Assembly (NCBI GenBank): GCA_041489255.1
Contig: JBGPQV010000021.1
Coordinates: 1-56,958, forward strand
Source of the DNA: Thermoplasmata archaeon
Lineage (GTDB): Archaea; Thermoplasmatota; Thermoplasmata; RBG-16-68-12; JAFNFQ01
Length of the DNA: 56,958 nt
Direction: 5' to 3'
Part shown: piece after piece, positions 36,033-45,804 of the stretch
Layout: the number at the start of each line of letters is the position of its first letter
Numbering within the stretch: position 1 is the stretch's first letter
Position numbers and translations under genes: made by a program
Notes under the pieces: generated by a model
Told to the model about the DNA's origin: nothing
What the model saw: the letters and a program-made list of their open reading frames with translations, nothing else
Databases searched by the model: none

Positions 36033-37196
36033 TCACACCCCCATTACGACTACTGCCCCGTACTGCATCAGGTCGCCCCACGCGTTCGTCACGCCGGTCT
36101 TGATCTCGTGCGGGATCTGCCTCTTCCCGGCTTGGCCAGAAAGCTGCCAGTACAGCTCGCCGACCTTCACGCCCATGGTCGCAGCGATCGGGTTCCCGAC
36201 TCCCAGGAGTCCGCCGGAGGGGCATGTCGGCAGGTCGCCGTCCCTCTGCGTCACCCCTTCCCTGGTCAGGATCGGGGCTTCGCCCTTCTTGCACAGCAAG
36301 AGGCCTTCCATGTGATGCAGCTCCTTGTAGTCGAACGGGTCGTACGGCTCGGCGAAATCGATCTGCTTCCTCGGGTTGTCGATCTTCGCCATCTTGTACG
36401 CCATCTTTGCGGCGCTCGCGACGTACTCGGGGAAGTAGAGGTCCCTGTCCGTCCACATTGTGCTGTCGATGCACCACCCCACCCCTTTCATCCAGACGGG
36501 TGTCTCGACGTGCAGCCTCTTGACGGCGTCCTCCGACGCCATGACCAGCGCCGCGGCGCCGTCGCTCGGCGGGCTGATGTCCAGCCTCTGCACGGGCCAC
36601 GCCAGGACCTCGCTGTTCAGCACGTCGTCCACCGTGATGTTCGGGTCTGCGAGCTGGGCGCAGGGATGGTCGACCGCATTCCTCTTGTTCTTCACCGCCA
36701 CGAGCGCGATGTCCTCCTTCTTGATCTTGTGCACCGTCATGTAGCGGTTCATCTCCATCGCGAAGATCCAGACGAGGTTCGGCTTCAGCGGGCGGTCGAG
36801 TATCGGGTCCCAGATGTTCGCGAACACGGATTGCGGGTGCGGCTGGCACGACGACATCTTCTCCTCGTTGACGATCAGCGCGATGTCCGCCAGACCTGAC
36901 GCGATGTGGTACCAGCCAGATATCGCGGAGAACACTCCTGTGCCGCCGCCGACGAACACCCTCATGTACGGCTTCCCGTAAGCGCCACATCCGTCAGAGA
37001 AGTACTCTCCCTTCATGTGCACGCCGTCGAAGCCGTCAGGCGCGGAGCCGCTGATGACCGCGTCCACGTCCTTCAACTCGATCCCCGCGGAGTCCAGGGC
37101 CATTCGGGTCGCCTCGAAGCACAGCTCTTTCGGCGTCTCCATGAGCCGCCTGCGGAAAAGAGTCATCCCAGCGCCGATCACCGCCACCTTCCTCAT
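36033..37196 (-). CDS. Thiolase-fold (SCP2/Ltp3-like) protein lacking the catalytic Cys
   Basis: VAVIGAGMT, RVFVGGGTG, KNKRNA, SDGAAA, EPYDPF, PSGGLLGVGNP. Confidence 0.88.
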   Translation of the reverse strand: MRKVAVIGAGMTLFRRRLMETPKELCFEATRMALDSAGIELKDVDAVISGSAPDGFDGVHMKGEYFSDGCGAYGKPYMRVFVGGGTGVFSAISGWYHIASGLADIALIVNEEKMSSCQPHPQSVFANIWDPILDRPLKPNLVWIFAMEMNRYMTVHKIKKEDIALVAVKNKRNAVDHPCAQLADPNITVDDVLNSEVLAWPVQRLDISPPSDGAAALVMASEDAVKRLHVETPVWMKGVGWCIDSTMWTDRDLYFPEYVASAAKMAYKMAKIDNPRKQIDFAEPYDPFDYKELHHMEGLLLCKKGEAPILTREGVTQRDGDLPTCPSGGLLGVGNPIAATMGVKVGELYWQLSGQAGKRQIPHEIKTGVTNAWGDLMQYGAVVVMGV

Positions 37197-38344
37197 TGGT
37201 TCACCCCCATTATCGCGACAGCGCCGCTAGTCGTCGGGATCCCCCGCCACGACTGCGCGATGCCGACCTTGACTCCATCGAGCTGCCTCTTGCCGGCGTC
37301 GCCCCTCAGCTGAAGAGCCACCTCTGCCACGCGGTGCAGCCCGGAAGCCTCGACGACATCCCCGCAGCCAAGGGAACCGCCAGACGCGTTCACGGGGAAC
37401 TTGCCATCGAGTGCCGTGTCCCCATTGGCGGTCATCTTGCCCGCCTGCCCCTTCTTCGCCAGACCGAGCGACTCGAGGTGCTGCAGCTCCTTGTAGGAGA
37501 ACCTGTCGTCGACCTCGGCGAAGTCTATCTCCCTGGCGGGGTTCTTGACCTTCGCGATGCGGTAGGCCATCTGGGCCGCCAGCTCGGCGTACTTCGCCCT
37601 CTCCCACTCCCTCGTTTCCAACGACGGGCTGTCGTTCGCCCAGCCCACACCTTTGATCCAGACGGGCTTCCTCTTGAGCTTCTTGGCTGCCACATCCGAC
37701 GCAAGGACCAGCACGACCGCGCCGTCGGCAAGACCGCTGATCTCGAGCTTCTTGAGTGGGTCGAACGCTTTCTCCGAGGTGAGAATGTCGTTGAGATCCA
37801 CATTGGCCCCATAGGCCGCGATCCCGTTCCTCAGCGCGTTGTTCCTGTTCTTCTCCACCACGGCCGCGCAGTGCTTCTCCGTGTTGCCGCTCGCGCGGAG
37901 GAACGCGTTCATCTCAAGTCCCGCCACGTAGAAAGGATGGCCGCGCAGCGGCTTGTTCCATATCGGGTCAAGTGCGTGCTGGACCACTCCCTCGTACGTC
38001 AGCAGGTCGGAAATCTTGCTGTGGGCCTCCACCGCAACGACGTCGACGAGGCCTGTTTGTATCTGCATGAATGCCGTGGCGAGCCCGTGTATGCCGTCGC
38101 CGCAGACCGTGCAGACAGGCCTGAGGGCCCCGCCGATCTGGTCAGGGGTGAACTCATCGAATATCCCGAAGCCCTCCCAGTAGTCTTCGGCGCAGGTGAC
38201 GAAGGCCTTGACGTCCTTGCGCGGGTCCACGTCGGCGTCCTGATAGGCTTTTGCCGCCGCCTCGTAGGTGAGCTCCTTCCAGCTCAGCTCGGGGGTGGTC
38301 GTCCTGAATCCAGCAATGCCGATTCCGATGATTCCAACTTTCAA
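37193..38344 (-). CDS. Thiolase-fold (SCP2/Ltp4-like) protein
   Basis: TVCGDGIHG, KNRNNA, ADGAVV, EVDDRF, VNASGGSLG; TTG 38344 with upstream AGGAGG. Confidence 0.88.
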   Translation of the reverse strand: MKVGIIGIGIAGFRTTTPELSWKELTYEAAAKAYQDADVDPRKDVKAFVTCAEDYWEGFGIFDEFTPDQIGGALRPVCTVCGDGIHGLATAFMQIQTGLVDVVAVEAHSKISDLLTYEGVVQHALDPIWNKPLRGHPFYVAGLEMNAFLRASGNTEKHCAAVVEKNRNNALRNGIAAYGANVDLNDILTSEKAFDPLKKLEISGLADGAVVLVLASDVAAKKLKRKPVWIKGVGWANDSPSLETREWERAKYAELAAQMAYRIAKVKNPAREIDFAEVDDRFSYKELQHLESLGLAKKGQAGKMTANGDTALDGKFPVNASGGSLGCGDVVEASGLHRVAEVALQLRGDAGKRQLDGVKVGIAQSWRGIPTTSGAVAIMGVNQ

Positions 38345-38553
38345 AGTGAGGCCTCCTTTTCTTGCCGCCAAATCCTCGCGGCGGTGAACGAGGATACGGA
38401 TAAAAACGTTCGTCAGAACCATGCATGCCCTTGTCAAGCATGAAGCCCCTGTAACATTCTGTTATCAGCAGACCGCGGGATACATCGAGCCATAGAGTTG
38501 ATGACCACAGACGCTCTGACTGTCACTTGCCTGCGGCAAAGCTTAAGGTATTC

Positions 38554-38567
38554 TGTGCATATGTACA
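38554..38567 (+). promoter_or_regulatory. Putative vapBC autoregulatory operator
   Basis: TGTGCAT/ATGTACA near-palindrome between TATA-like cttaag (about 38542) and the antitoxin start. Confidence 0.45.
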
Positions 38568-38572
38568 CATAC

Positions 38573-38791
38573 ATGGCGACCAAGACGATATCAATCACTC
38601 GGGAAGCATACGACCGGCTCAAGATGAGGAAAGAACCCGGCGAAAGCTTCAGCGATGTCATCGTTCGGCTGACAGACCGAAAGACGCTTACCGAATTCGC
38701 CGGCATCCTCACTCCTTCGTCGGTGAAGGCGCTCAGCGAGGCGATTGCCGAGGCCCGCCGGGAAAGGAGAGCTGCGGACGTGCGAGCATGA
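38573..38791 (+). CDS. vapB: VapB-type antitoxin (DUF217-like)
   Basis: MATKTISITREAYDRLK..K..GESFSDVI.RL; ATGA overlap with the PIN gene. Confidence 0.9.
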   Translation: MATKTISITREAYDRLKMRKEPGESFSDVIVRLTDRKTLTEFAGILTPSSVKALSEAIAEARRERRAADVRA

Positions 38792-39183
38792 TCCTGGAGA
38801 CGAGTTTCATCCTGAACCTCTGGGCCGGAGAAAGCAAGGCTGTTGCGAAAGCTCGGGAGATCGATGACGAGGAAGAGCCAGTCTATGTTCCGACGCCCGT
38901 CCTCTTCGAGCTATGGGAGGGAGTCGCCCGCTCCCGCCGCCCGCGCGAGGAAATGGAGAGAATCAGGCACTTCATCGAGAGCCACGATGTCCTTCCCTTC
39001 AGCGACTCAGATGCGCGCGAGGCCGGGCTAATCTCAGGGAAGTTGGCGGGCGTCGGGAGGATGATGGGGACAGTCGATGTTCAGATTGCAGGGATGACCA
39101 AGGCACGCGGAGAGACCCTGCTGACGTCGGACCGTCGCTTCCGAGAATTATCCAAGGATATCGACATCGACCTTTGTGAGTGA
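38788..39183 (+). CDS. vapC: VapC PIN-domain toxin
   Basis: MILETS, FELWEG, VDVQIAG, LLTSDRRF; 131 aa. Confidence 0.88.
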   Translation: MILETSFILNLWAGESKAVAKAREIDDEEEPVYVPTPVLFELWEGVARSRRPREEMERIRHFIESHDVLPFSDSDAREAGLISGKLAGVGRMMGTVDVQIAGMTKARGETLLTSDRRFRELSKDIDIDLCE

Positions 39184-39302
39184 CAGATCGAAATCCCGAC
39201 TCACTCTCGCCAATCAAGCACAAGAAGCAGTCTCTCCACTTCTCGATTAGCTTTAAGATGCATCGTCATCTTGCTCGGTTGCACGGCCCAGAGAAGTGAT
39301 TG

Positions 39303-40625
39303 ATGCTGCACCTCGCCTTCGACGACACAGATTCCCTGAAAGGGATGTGCACCACATTCCTCGCCACGGAGATGATCAGGGAGTTCAGCGACCTCGACCT
39401 CATCGGCCATCCCCGATTGGTCAGGCTCAACCCGAATGTCCCTTGGAAGACCAGAGGGAACGGAGCGTTATGTCTGCGCTTTGGGCGGGGAGTTGGCGGG
39501 AAGTTCAAGGTCGGCGAGCTGGAAGGGCGGGACATCTTCGCCTGGCCCGGGAGCACAGACCACCCGCCACCGGAAGAGATCCTGCCGCGGGCGGCGGCGG
39601 TGCTGGAGGAGTGGGCGGAGATTGAAGACGTGCTCACGAATCCCGCCGTGGCGGTGTTTGACCGCAAACCGCCGCCATCAATGTACTGGAAGGCGGTGAG
39701 GGACATCGTGCCCATCGCCGAAGCCAGAGAAGCCGCCAAGATGGCGGGAGCTTTCAGGGCGTACAAGAACGGGCGGGGGATCGTCGGCTGCGTGGCGGCT
39801 GCGGCATGGCGGCCCCAGGACAGGACCTACGAGATCCTCACCTACCGCCAAAGGGCGCGATGGGGGACGGAGAGAGACATCGATTCTGAGTCCGTCATCG
39901 AAATGGACGGGAGGTTCCCCGATACCTTCAACAACTATGACTACCTCAACAGGAAGGTTACAATCGCGCCCCGTTCTCCCTGTCCGATCCTGTTCGGCAT
40001 CAGGGCGGAAAGACCGGATCGACTGGAGAAGGCGATGAGGACGATTCGGAGCGAGACACCGGACCGATGGTTCATCTTCGAGACGAATCAGGGCACCGAT
40101 GAACATCTGGTGAAGGCGGGGAAATCAGTGAAGCGCCACACCTCCGTCATTCTCCGAGGGCTGGTGGCGGGACCGCCAACGGTGCACCTGGGAGGCCACG
40201 TCATCTTTCCGCTGAACTGTGGCGGGAGGATCGACTGCGCCGCCTACGAGCCGTCGAAGCAGTTCAGGCGGGTCGCGCGAGCGCTCATGGTGGGAGATGA
40301 GGTCGTCGTGTGCGGTTCCGTGAGGGATGAGCCGAGGACGATCAATGTTGAGAAGCTCCGCGTCGTCAAACTCATCGAATCGAAAGTGAAGGTGTCCAAT
40401 CCTTCGTGCCCCTCTTGCGGGAAGCGCATGAAGTCGATCGGGCGGGGAGCGGGCTTCAGATGCCTCGCATGCAGGACTAAATCCCCCGCCACCGCAGGAG
40501 TCTGGAAGAAAGCGGAGAGGCAATTGAGAATCGGATGGTACGAGCCGCCAGTCTCTGCCCGCCGCCACATCTCGATGCCGTTGAAGCGACTCGGTTTGAA
40601 AGAAAACGCATACCCGCCTAAATAG
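39303..40625 (+). CDS. tiaS: tRNA(Ile2) 2-agmatinylcytidine synthetase
   Basis: DDTDSLKGMCTT, LVRLNPNVPWKTRGNG, TNQGTD, AYEP, CPSCG..CLAC, RRHISMP. Confidence 0.96.
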   Translation: MLHLAFDDTDSLKGMCTTFLATEMIREFSDLDLIGHPRLVRLNPNVPWKTRGNGALCLRFGRGVGGKFKVGELEGRDIFAWPGSTDHPPPEEILPRAAAVLEEWAEIEDVLTNPAVAVFDRKPPPSMYWKAVRDIVPIAEAREAAKMAGAFRAYKNGRGIVGCVAAAAWRPQDRTYEILTYRQRARWGTERDIDSESVIEMDGRFPDTFNNYDYLNRKVTIAPRSPCPILFGIRAERPDRLEKAMRTIRSETPDRWFIFETNQGTDEHLVKAGKSVKRHTSVILRGLVAGPPTVHLGGHVIFPLNCGGRIDCAAYEPSKQFRRVARALMVGDEVVVCGSVRDEPRTINVEKLRVVKLIESKVKVSNPSCPSCGKRMKSIGRGAGFRCLACRTKSPATAGVWKKAERQLRIGWYEPPVSARRHISMPLKRLGLKENAYPPK

Positions 40626-40629
40626 AAAG

Positions 40630-40708
40630 GCGGGGTAGGCGGCCGTCGCCCACGAACGTGCCTCCCCGATTGTCGCCTTGCGGAGCCAAGAACTCCGCCT
40701 ATCCCCGC
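40630..40708. other. GC-rich 79-nt structured element closed by a 13-bp stem (candidate ncRNA or bidirectional terminator)
   Basis: GCGGGGTAGGCGG pairs with CCGCCTA(T)CCCCGC; internal hairpins are also possible. Confidence 0.4.
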
Positions 40709-40775
40709 AAATCATACAACAACGCCGTTGTATAAGAGAAGATTTGAACGGTTTTCGTTACGTCGAACCTCACAG

Positions 40776-40898
40776 ATGCAGACGACGCGGATGGCGGCTG
40801 GAATCGGAACCGCCGTCGGCCTCGTTATCCTGCTCTTTGGTCTGGCGACGGCGGTTGTGTTCGTGCTGAGGAAACGGTCTACTTCGATGCCTTCTTGA
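40776..40898 (+). CDS. Putative 40-aa single-TM small protein
   Basis: MQTTRMAAGIGTAVGLVILLFGLATAVVFVLRKRSTSMPS; below the ORF-track cutoff; TATAAG upstream. Confidence 0.4.
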   Translation: MQTTRMAAGIGTAVGLVILLFGLATAVVFVLRKRSTSMPS

Positions 40899-42204
40899 TG
40901 CTCTGCTCCAGGACGTCCATTCCAGCATCCAGCATCTCCTTCGAGACGTTTATGGCGGGGATGTACCGGATGCTCGACTCGCCGCAAGGCAGCATGAGGA
41001 GGCCGTGCTCGTAGGCGTCCTTGACTATCGCGTCTCGCGCCTTCGCCGCCGGCTTCTTCGTCTTCCTGTCCTCGACGAACTCGGTCGCGCGCATCAGCCC
41101 GAGACCCCTGTTGTCGCCCATGATCTCGTACTTGCCCTTCATCTCGTCGAGCCGCTTGCGCATGTGCTCGCCCATCTTCACGCAGTTGGCCAGCGCCTTC
41201 TCCTCCTCTATCGCCTCGATCGTCGCGAGCGAGGCCGCGCAGGCCACGAGGTTCCCACCGTAGGTGTTGCTGTGAGCGCCCTTCGTGGGGAAGTCCAGCC
41301 TCTTGTCGAAGACGGTCGCGGCTATCGGCATGCCTGAGCCCATAGCCTTTGCCATCGTGATTATGTCGGGCACGACCTTGGTGTGCTGCACGGCGAACAT
41401 CTTGCCCGTGCGCCCGAAGCCCGCCTGAACCTCGTCGTCGACGAGGAGGATGCCGCTGTCCTTCGTGATCTTCGCGATGCGCTCGGTCCAGCCCTTCGGA
41501 GGAACGACGTAGCCGCCCTCTCCCTGCACCGGCTCCATGAATAAGGCCGCCACATCCCCCGGCGGTGCGATCGTCTTCATGTAGAGGTCCTTGATGATGT
41601 CCGCGCAGTAGAGGCCGCACTCCGGGTAGGTCTGCCTGTACACACACCTGTAGCAGTTCGCGTACGGCACATGGACGACACCGGGGACCAAGGGGTGGTA
41701 CTTCTCCCTGTGGACCGCCTTGCTGGCAGTCAATGACAGTGCACCCATCGTCCTCCCGTGGAACGCCTTCAGGAACGCGATGTACATCCCCCGCGGCCTG
41801 TAGTACTTCGAGATCTTCATCGCCGCCTCGACCGCCTCCGCCCCGCTGTTCGCGAAGAACGCCTTCTTGGGGAAGTTGCCCGGCGTGATCTCGCAGAGCT
41901 TCTGCGCGAGCCTGGCCTGCAGGTCGTAGTAGTAGTCCTGGCCAGCGAAGTGCATAAGCTCCCCTGCCTGTCGCTTGACCGCCTCCACCACACGCGGGTG
42001 GCTGAAGCCCATGTTTACGACCCCGATGCCGCAAGTGAAGTCGATGATGAGGTTGCCGTCGACATCCTCGACGACCGAGCCGAGCGCCCTCTTCGCGACG
42101 ATCGGAGACGTCTTCGTCGTGTTCGCGAGGTAGGTCTCGTCTCTCTTGATGATCTCTTTCGCCTTCGGGCCCGGAGGGGTCACTCTGATTGAGGGGACTT
42201 TCAT
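40879..42204 (-). CDS. Class III PLP aminotransferase (acetylornithine/GABA/ornithine type)
   Basis: NSGAEAVE, FHGRT, EPVQGEGG, DEVQAGFGRTG, TMAKAMGSG, HSNTYGGN. Confidence 0.93.
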   Translation of the reverse strand: MKVPSIRVTPPGPKAKEIIKRDETYLANTTKTSPIVAKRALGSVVEDVDGNLIIDFTCGIGVVNMGFSHPRVVEAVKRQAGELMHFAGQDYYYDLQARLAQKLCEITPGNFPKKAFFANSGAEAVEAAMKISKYYRPRGMYIAFLKAFHGRTMGALSLTASKAVHREKYHPLVPGVVHVPYANCYRCVYRQTYPECGLYCADIIKDLYMKTIAPPGDVAALFMEPVQGEGGYVVPPKGWTERIAKITKDSGILLVDDEVQAGFGRTGKMFAVQHTKVVPDIITMAKAMGSGMPIAATVFDKRLDFPTKGAHSNTYGGNLVACAASLATIEAIEEEKALANCVKMGEHMRKRLDEMKGKYEIMGDNRGLGLMRATEFVEDRKTKKPAAKARDAIVKDAYEHGLLMLPCGESSIRYIPAINVSKEMLDAGMDVLEQSIKKASK

Positions 42205-42346
42205 GGTCGCACCGCGCATCACATCGAGGCTTTCTCCTTAACGATATCGCAATTGCCGAATATATCAGCGGATGAGGAGAAACGAAGTGGCTTTCAGAGG
42301 GACTCTGCACAATGCGAGCTATGCACACGCCGGCATGATAGCCTGA

Positions 42347-42835
42347 TCAACACCCATGCGCATGGTACAGCGAAGCTGACACATCCCACTCGACCCACGC
42401 CAAGCTCGCCATGCAGCCAGTGTTCGGCGTGCTTATGCTCACTTCCCATGCATAGGTGTCCTGCGACACCGTCGGGCGTTCCCAGGGATAGCGCTGTGCC
42501 CCGACCTCTATCCCGCCCGAACAAGTCAGACCGAACACGTCGCCGTTCTGCTTGACGAAGACGGGTCCGATATCGATTGCCTTGCCCCATACATCCATCA
42601 GGCTGAGGCCGAGCGAGCTGGCGGCTGTCTCCACCGCCTCCTGAGGTTTCACCGAAGCGATCTCTGCACAGGCTTCCCAGTCCCCCCACCCATCCCAGTT
42701 CGTCGGCCAGCCAGAGTGGCTTGACGAGTTCGCTAGGAGCGCCGCAGCCACCGCCACGGGAACGATTGTGGCCACCGCCACGACGGCCACGATCTTGAGG
42801 ACCATTTTCGCTTCCTTGTCCATGTCTCTGCCCAT
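42347..42835 (-). CDS. Hypothetical N-terminally anchored secreted protein
   Basis: Hydrophobic N-terminal helix (VLKIVAVVAVATIVPVAVAAALLA), Trp/Cys-containing ectodomain; start uncertain. Confidence 0.55.
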   Translation of the reverse strand: MGRDMDKEAKMVLKIVAVVAVATIVPVAVAAALLANSSSHSGWPTNWDGWGDWEACAEIASVKPQEAVETAASSLGLSLMDVWGKAIDIGPVFVKQNGDVFGLTCSGGIEVGAQRYPWERPTVSQDTYAWEVSISTPNTGCMASLAWVEWDVSASLYHAHGC

Positions 42836-42930
42836 GTCGTCATAGCATCTTCCCCCGATATAACTGTATCCCGCTCGTGCGGGACTTAAGGAAACATTTA
42901 TATCGAAATCTTGGGTAGCGTCGCTTCCAC

Positions 42931-43125
42931 ATGGAATCCAAGGAATACACTCGTTTTGAAAAGGCGCGAATCCTGGGCGCGAGGGCGTTGCAGATTTCGA
43001 TGGGCGCCCCGCAACTGCTTCATGAGGGCGGCAAAGCAATCGACCCTCTGGACATCGCGACGATGGAGTTCGAAAACGGCCTCATACCGATCACCGCAAG
43101 AAGGACAATTGATGACTACAATTGA
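42931..43125 (+). CDS. rpoK: RNA polymerase subunit K (Rpo6)
   Basis: [22 protein letters not shown]. Confidence 0.96.
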   Translation: MESKEYTRFEKARILGARALQISMGAPQLLHEGGKAIDPLDIATMEFENGLIPITARRTIDDYN

Positions 43126-44320
43126 TTCGTGTAACGCAAGACCGATCCTCGACAGCCGGGGAGACGTGACCATAGAGGTCATCCTCGCCTCCGGCAGGAC
43201 GAGAGGTTCCGCCTCCGCTCCCGGTGGCGCCAGTACGGGAATCCACGAGGTCCCCGCGTTCCCTCCGGACGGCGTCGACGCCGCATTGGAGATTTTCAAG
43301 CACAAGGTCGCCCCGCGCCTCAAGGGAATGGACGCGGAGGACCAAGCGCAGATCGACGCGACTCTCCATGAGATCGATGGCAGCGGAAACCTATCGAACA
43401 TCGGGGGCTCCTTGTCGATATCTACTTCGCTGGCCGCCGCCAAGCTCGCAGCCGCAGCGTTGGACCTACCCTTGTTCCGATACCTCAACCCCCGTCCTCC
43501 GGAGCACATGCCCCGGCCCCTCGGAAACGTCATTGGCGGCGGGAAACACGCCGTTGGCGGGACCGACATCCAGGAGTTCTTGTGCCTTGCCTCCGGCGAG
43601 GACTCGTGGAAGAACGTGCGGGCCAACGTGGCTGTTTACAAGGCGGTTGGCAAGAAGCTCAGCAACAAGTTCCCGGGGATGCCCCTCGGCAAGGGAGACG
43701 AGGGCGCCTGGGTCACCAGCTTAAGCAACACTGAAGCCCTTCAAACGCTCGCTTCGATCTGCAAGGAGATGACTGAACGCTTCGGGTTCCCGTGCAGGCC
43801 CTCGCTCGACATCGCCGCCTCAAGCCTCTTCAAGCGTAACATGTACCTGTACAAGGAAGGCAAGAAGACCCCTGAGGAGCAGATAGCGTTCGTCGAGGAG
43901 CTCGTCGACAAGTTCGGGCTCGCAATCGTCGAAGACCCGCTGCAGGAGGAGGACTTCTCTGGCTTCGCAGAACTCACCCGCAGGGTCGGCGGGAAGTGCC
44001 TCGTGGTCGGGGACGACCTCTACGTCACGAAGGTCGAACGACTCAAGAAGGGCATCGCCGAGAAAGCGAGCAACGCTATCCTTATTAAGCCAAATCAGGT
44101 AGGGACTCTGAGCGACACGAAGGCAGCTGTCGACCTCGCGCGGAAGGAAGGCATCACCACAGTGGTGTCGCACCGCAGCGGGGAGACGACAGACGCCACG
44201 ATAGCGCACCTCGCGGTCGCCTTCGGCTCTTACGCGATAAAGACGGGGATCGTCGGCGGCGAGAGGATCGCCAAGCTGAACGAGCTCGCTCGCATCCAAT
44301 CACAGATAAGGGGAGAATAG
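43112..44320 (+). CDS. eno: Enolase
   Basis: [44 protein letters not shown]. Confidence 0.95.
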   Translation: MTTIDSCNARPILDSRGDVTIEVILASGRTRGSASAPGGASTGIHEVPAFPPDGVDAALEIFKHKVAPRLKGMDAEDQAQIDATLHEIDGSGNLSNIGGSLSISTSLAAAKLAAAALDLPLFRYLNPRPPEHMPRPLGNVIGGGKHAVGGTDIQEFLCLASGEDSWKNVRANVAVYKAVGKKLSNKFPGMPLGKGDEGAWVTSLSNTEALQTLASICKEMTERFGFPCRPSLDIAASSLFKRNMYLYKEGKKTPEEQIAFVEELVDKFGLAIVEDPLQEEDFSGFAELTRRVGGKCLVVGDDLYVTKVERLKKGIAEKASNAILIKPNQVGTLSDTKAAVDLARKEGITTVVSHRSGETTDATIAHLAVAFGSYAIKTGIVGGERIAKLNELARIQSQIRGE

Positions 44321-44321
44321 G

Positions 44322-44978
44322 ATGGAAGGCCAGGAGAATGAACAGGTGGAGGAGCAGGTCGAAGAGAAGGAGAGCACGGGAATCGAGGGGCTCCTCGTGC
44401 CCGAGGACATCTACCACACGAGCGGCGTGCACATAGGCACCCAGCAGAAGAGCTCGAGCATGAAGAGGTTCATCTACAAAGTCAGGGCGGACGGCCTCTA
44501 CGTCCTCGACATAAAGAAGACAGACACGCGCATCCGCGAGGCCGCGAAGTTCCTCGCGAAGTACGAGGCGGACAAGATACTCATCGTCGCCGCGCGCCAG
44601 TACGGCCAGAAGCCCGCCAGGCTCTTCGGGAAGACCATAGGCGCTCAGGTCATGGCCGGCCGCTTCGTGCCTGGCACGCTCACCAACCCCGAACTCCGCC
44701 AGTTCGTCCAGCCCAAGGTGCTCTTCGTCACTGATCCCGCCGCGGACCAGCAGGCCCTGAGGGAGGCGCTGAACGTCGGCATGCCCGTCGTCGGCCTGTG
44801 CGACGCGAATAACGAGACGAGGGCCGTCGACCTGGTCGTGCCCACGAACAACAAGGGGAGGCGGGCGCTGGCGACCGTCTACTGGCTCTTGACGCGGGAA
44901 GTGCTCAAGGCTAGAGGGGAAGTCAAGGAAGACGGAGACTTCAAGCAAACGATAGACGATTACGAGGCGCCGTTATAG
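44322..44978 (+). CDS. rps2: 30S ribosomal protein S2
   Basis: [30 protein letters not shown]. Confidence 0.97.
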   Translation: MEGQENEQVEEQVEEKESTGIEGLLVPEDIYHTSGVHIGTQQKSSSMKRFIYKVRADGLYVLDIKKTDTRIREAAKFLAKYEADKILIVAARQYGQKPARLFGKTIGAQVMAGRFVPGTLTNPELRQFVQPKVLFVTDPAADQQALREALNVGMPVVGLCDANNETRAVDLVVPTNNKGRRALATVYWLLTREVLKARGEVKEDGDFKQTIDDYEAPL

Positions 44979-45803
44979 GTGATCTCGATGCGCCCCCCTG
45001 CGGTGGCGGGTCAGTTCTACGAGGGAGACAGGGAAACCCTGATCACGCAGATAGAGAACTGCTACCTGCACGAGGTGGGGCCCGGGAGGCTCCCGCAACT
45101 CCGCGATGGGAAGAGGACTCTCAGGGGCCTGGTCTGCCCCCATGCCGGATACATCTACTCCGGTCCCGTCGCGGCGCACTCCTACGCCGCCTTGGCTGAG
45201 GATGGATGGCCCGAGACGTTCATCGTCCTCGGTCCGAACCACTCGGGACTGGGCGCCTCGGTCGCGCTGGGCACCCAGGACTTCGAGACGCCGCTCGGGG
45301 TCGTTGAGGTGGATAGGGAACTCGCGAGGCGCCTGCTGAAAGACGTGCTCTACGAGGACATGGCCGCGCACCGCTTCGAGCACAGCATAGAGGTGCAGCT
45401 TCCTTTCTTGCAGCACCTCAGGGAAGACGTGAAGTTCGTGCCCATCTGCATGATGGACCAGGAGATCGCGACAGCGAAGAAGGTTGGACAGATCATTCGC
45501 GATGCGATCAAAGGGAAGGATGTTGTCGTCATCGCATCCACGGATTTCTCTCACTACGTTTCAAAGGAAACCGCGGCGAAGAAGGACAAGATGGCCATCG
45601 ACCAGATAGTCAAGATGGACAGCAGGGGCCTCTACCAGACGATCCAGAAGAACGACATCACGATGTGCGGCTATGGCCCGGTCATCGCCATGATGACCGC
45701 CACGGAGGGCGGGAAAGCACAGCTCCTCAAGTACGCCAGCTCGGGCGACGTCGCTCCGATGAGAGAGGTCGTCGGATACAGCAGCATCGCAATCCGCGCT
45801 TGA
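44979..45803 (+). CDS. MEMO1 family protein
   Basis: RPPAVAGQFY, PHAGYIYSG, GPNH, EHSIEVQLPF, STDFSHY, MCGYGP. Confidence 0.95.
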   Translation: MISMRPPAVAGQFYEGDRETLITQIENCYLHEVGPGRLPQLRDGKRTLRGLVCPHAGYIYSGPVAAHSYAALAEDGWPETFIVLGPNHSGLGASVALGTQDFETPLGVVEVDRELARRLLKDVLYEDMAAHRFEHSIEVQLPFLQHLREDVKFVPICMMDQEIATAKKVGQIIRDAIKGKDVVVIASTDFSHYVSKETAAKKDKMAIDQIVKMDSRGLYQTIQKNDITMCGYGPVIAMMTATEGGKAQLLKYASSGDVAPMREVVGYSSIAIRA

Positions 45804-45804
45804 T

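Noticed and set aside
40630-40708. tRNA gene
   Set aside because: tRNA-like length and GCGGGG/CCCCGC ends, but no D, anticodon or T arms and no TTCRA loop in position.
42911-43111. N-terminal extension of enolase
   Set aside because: Overlaps rpoK in another frame; enolase homology begins at ATG 43112.
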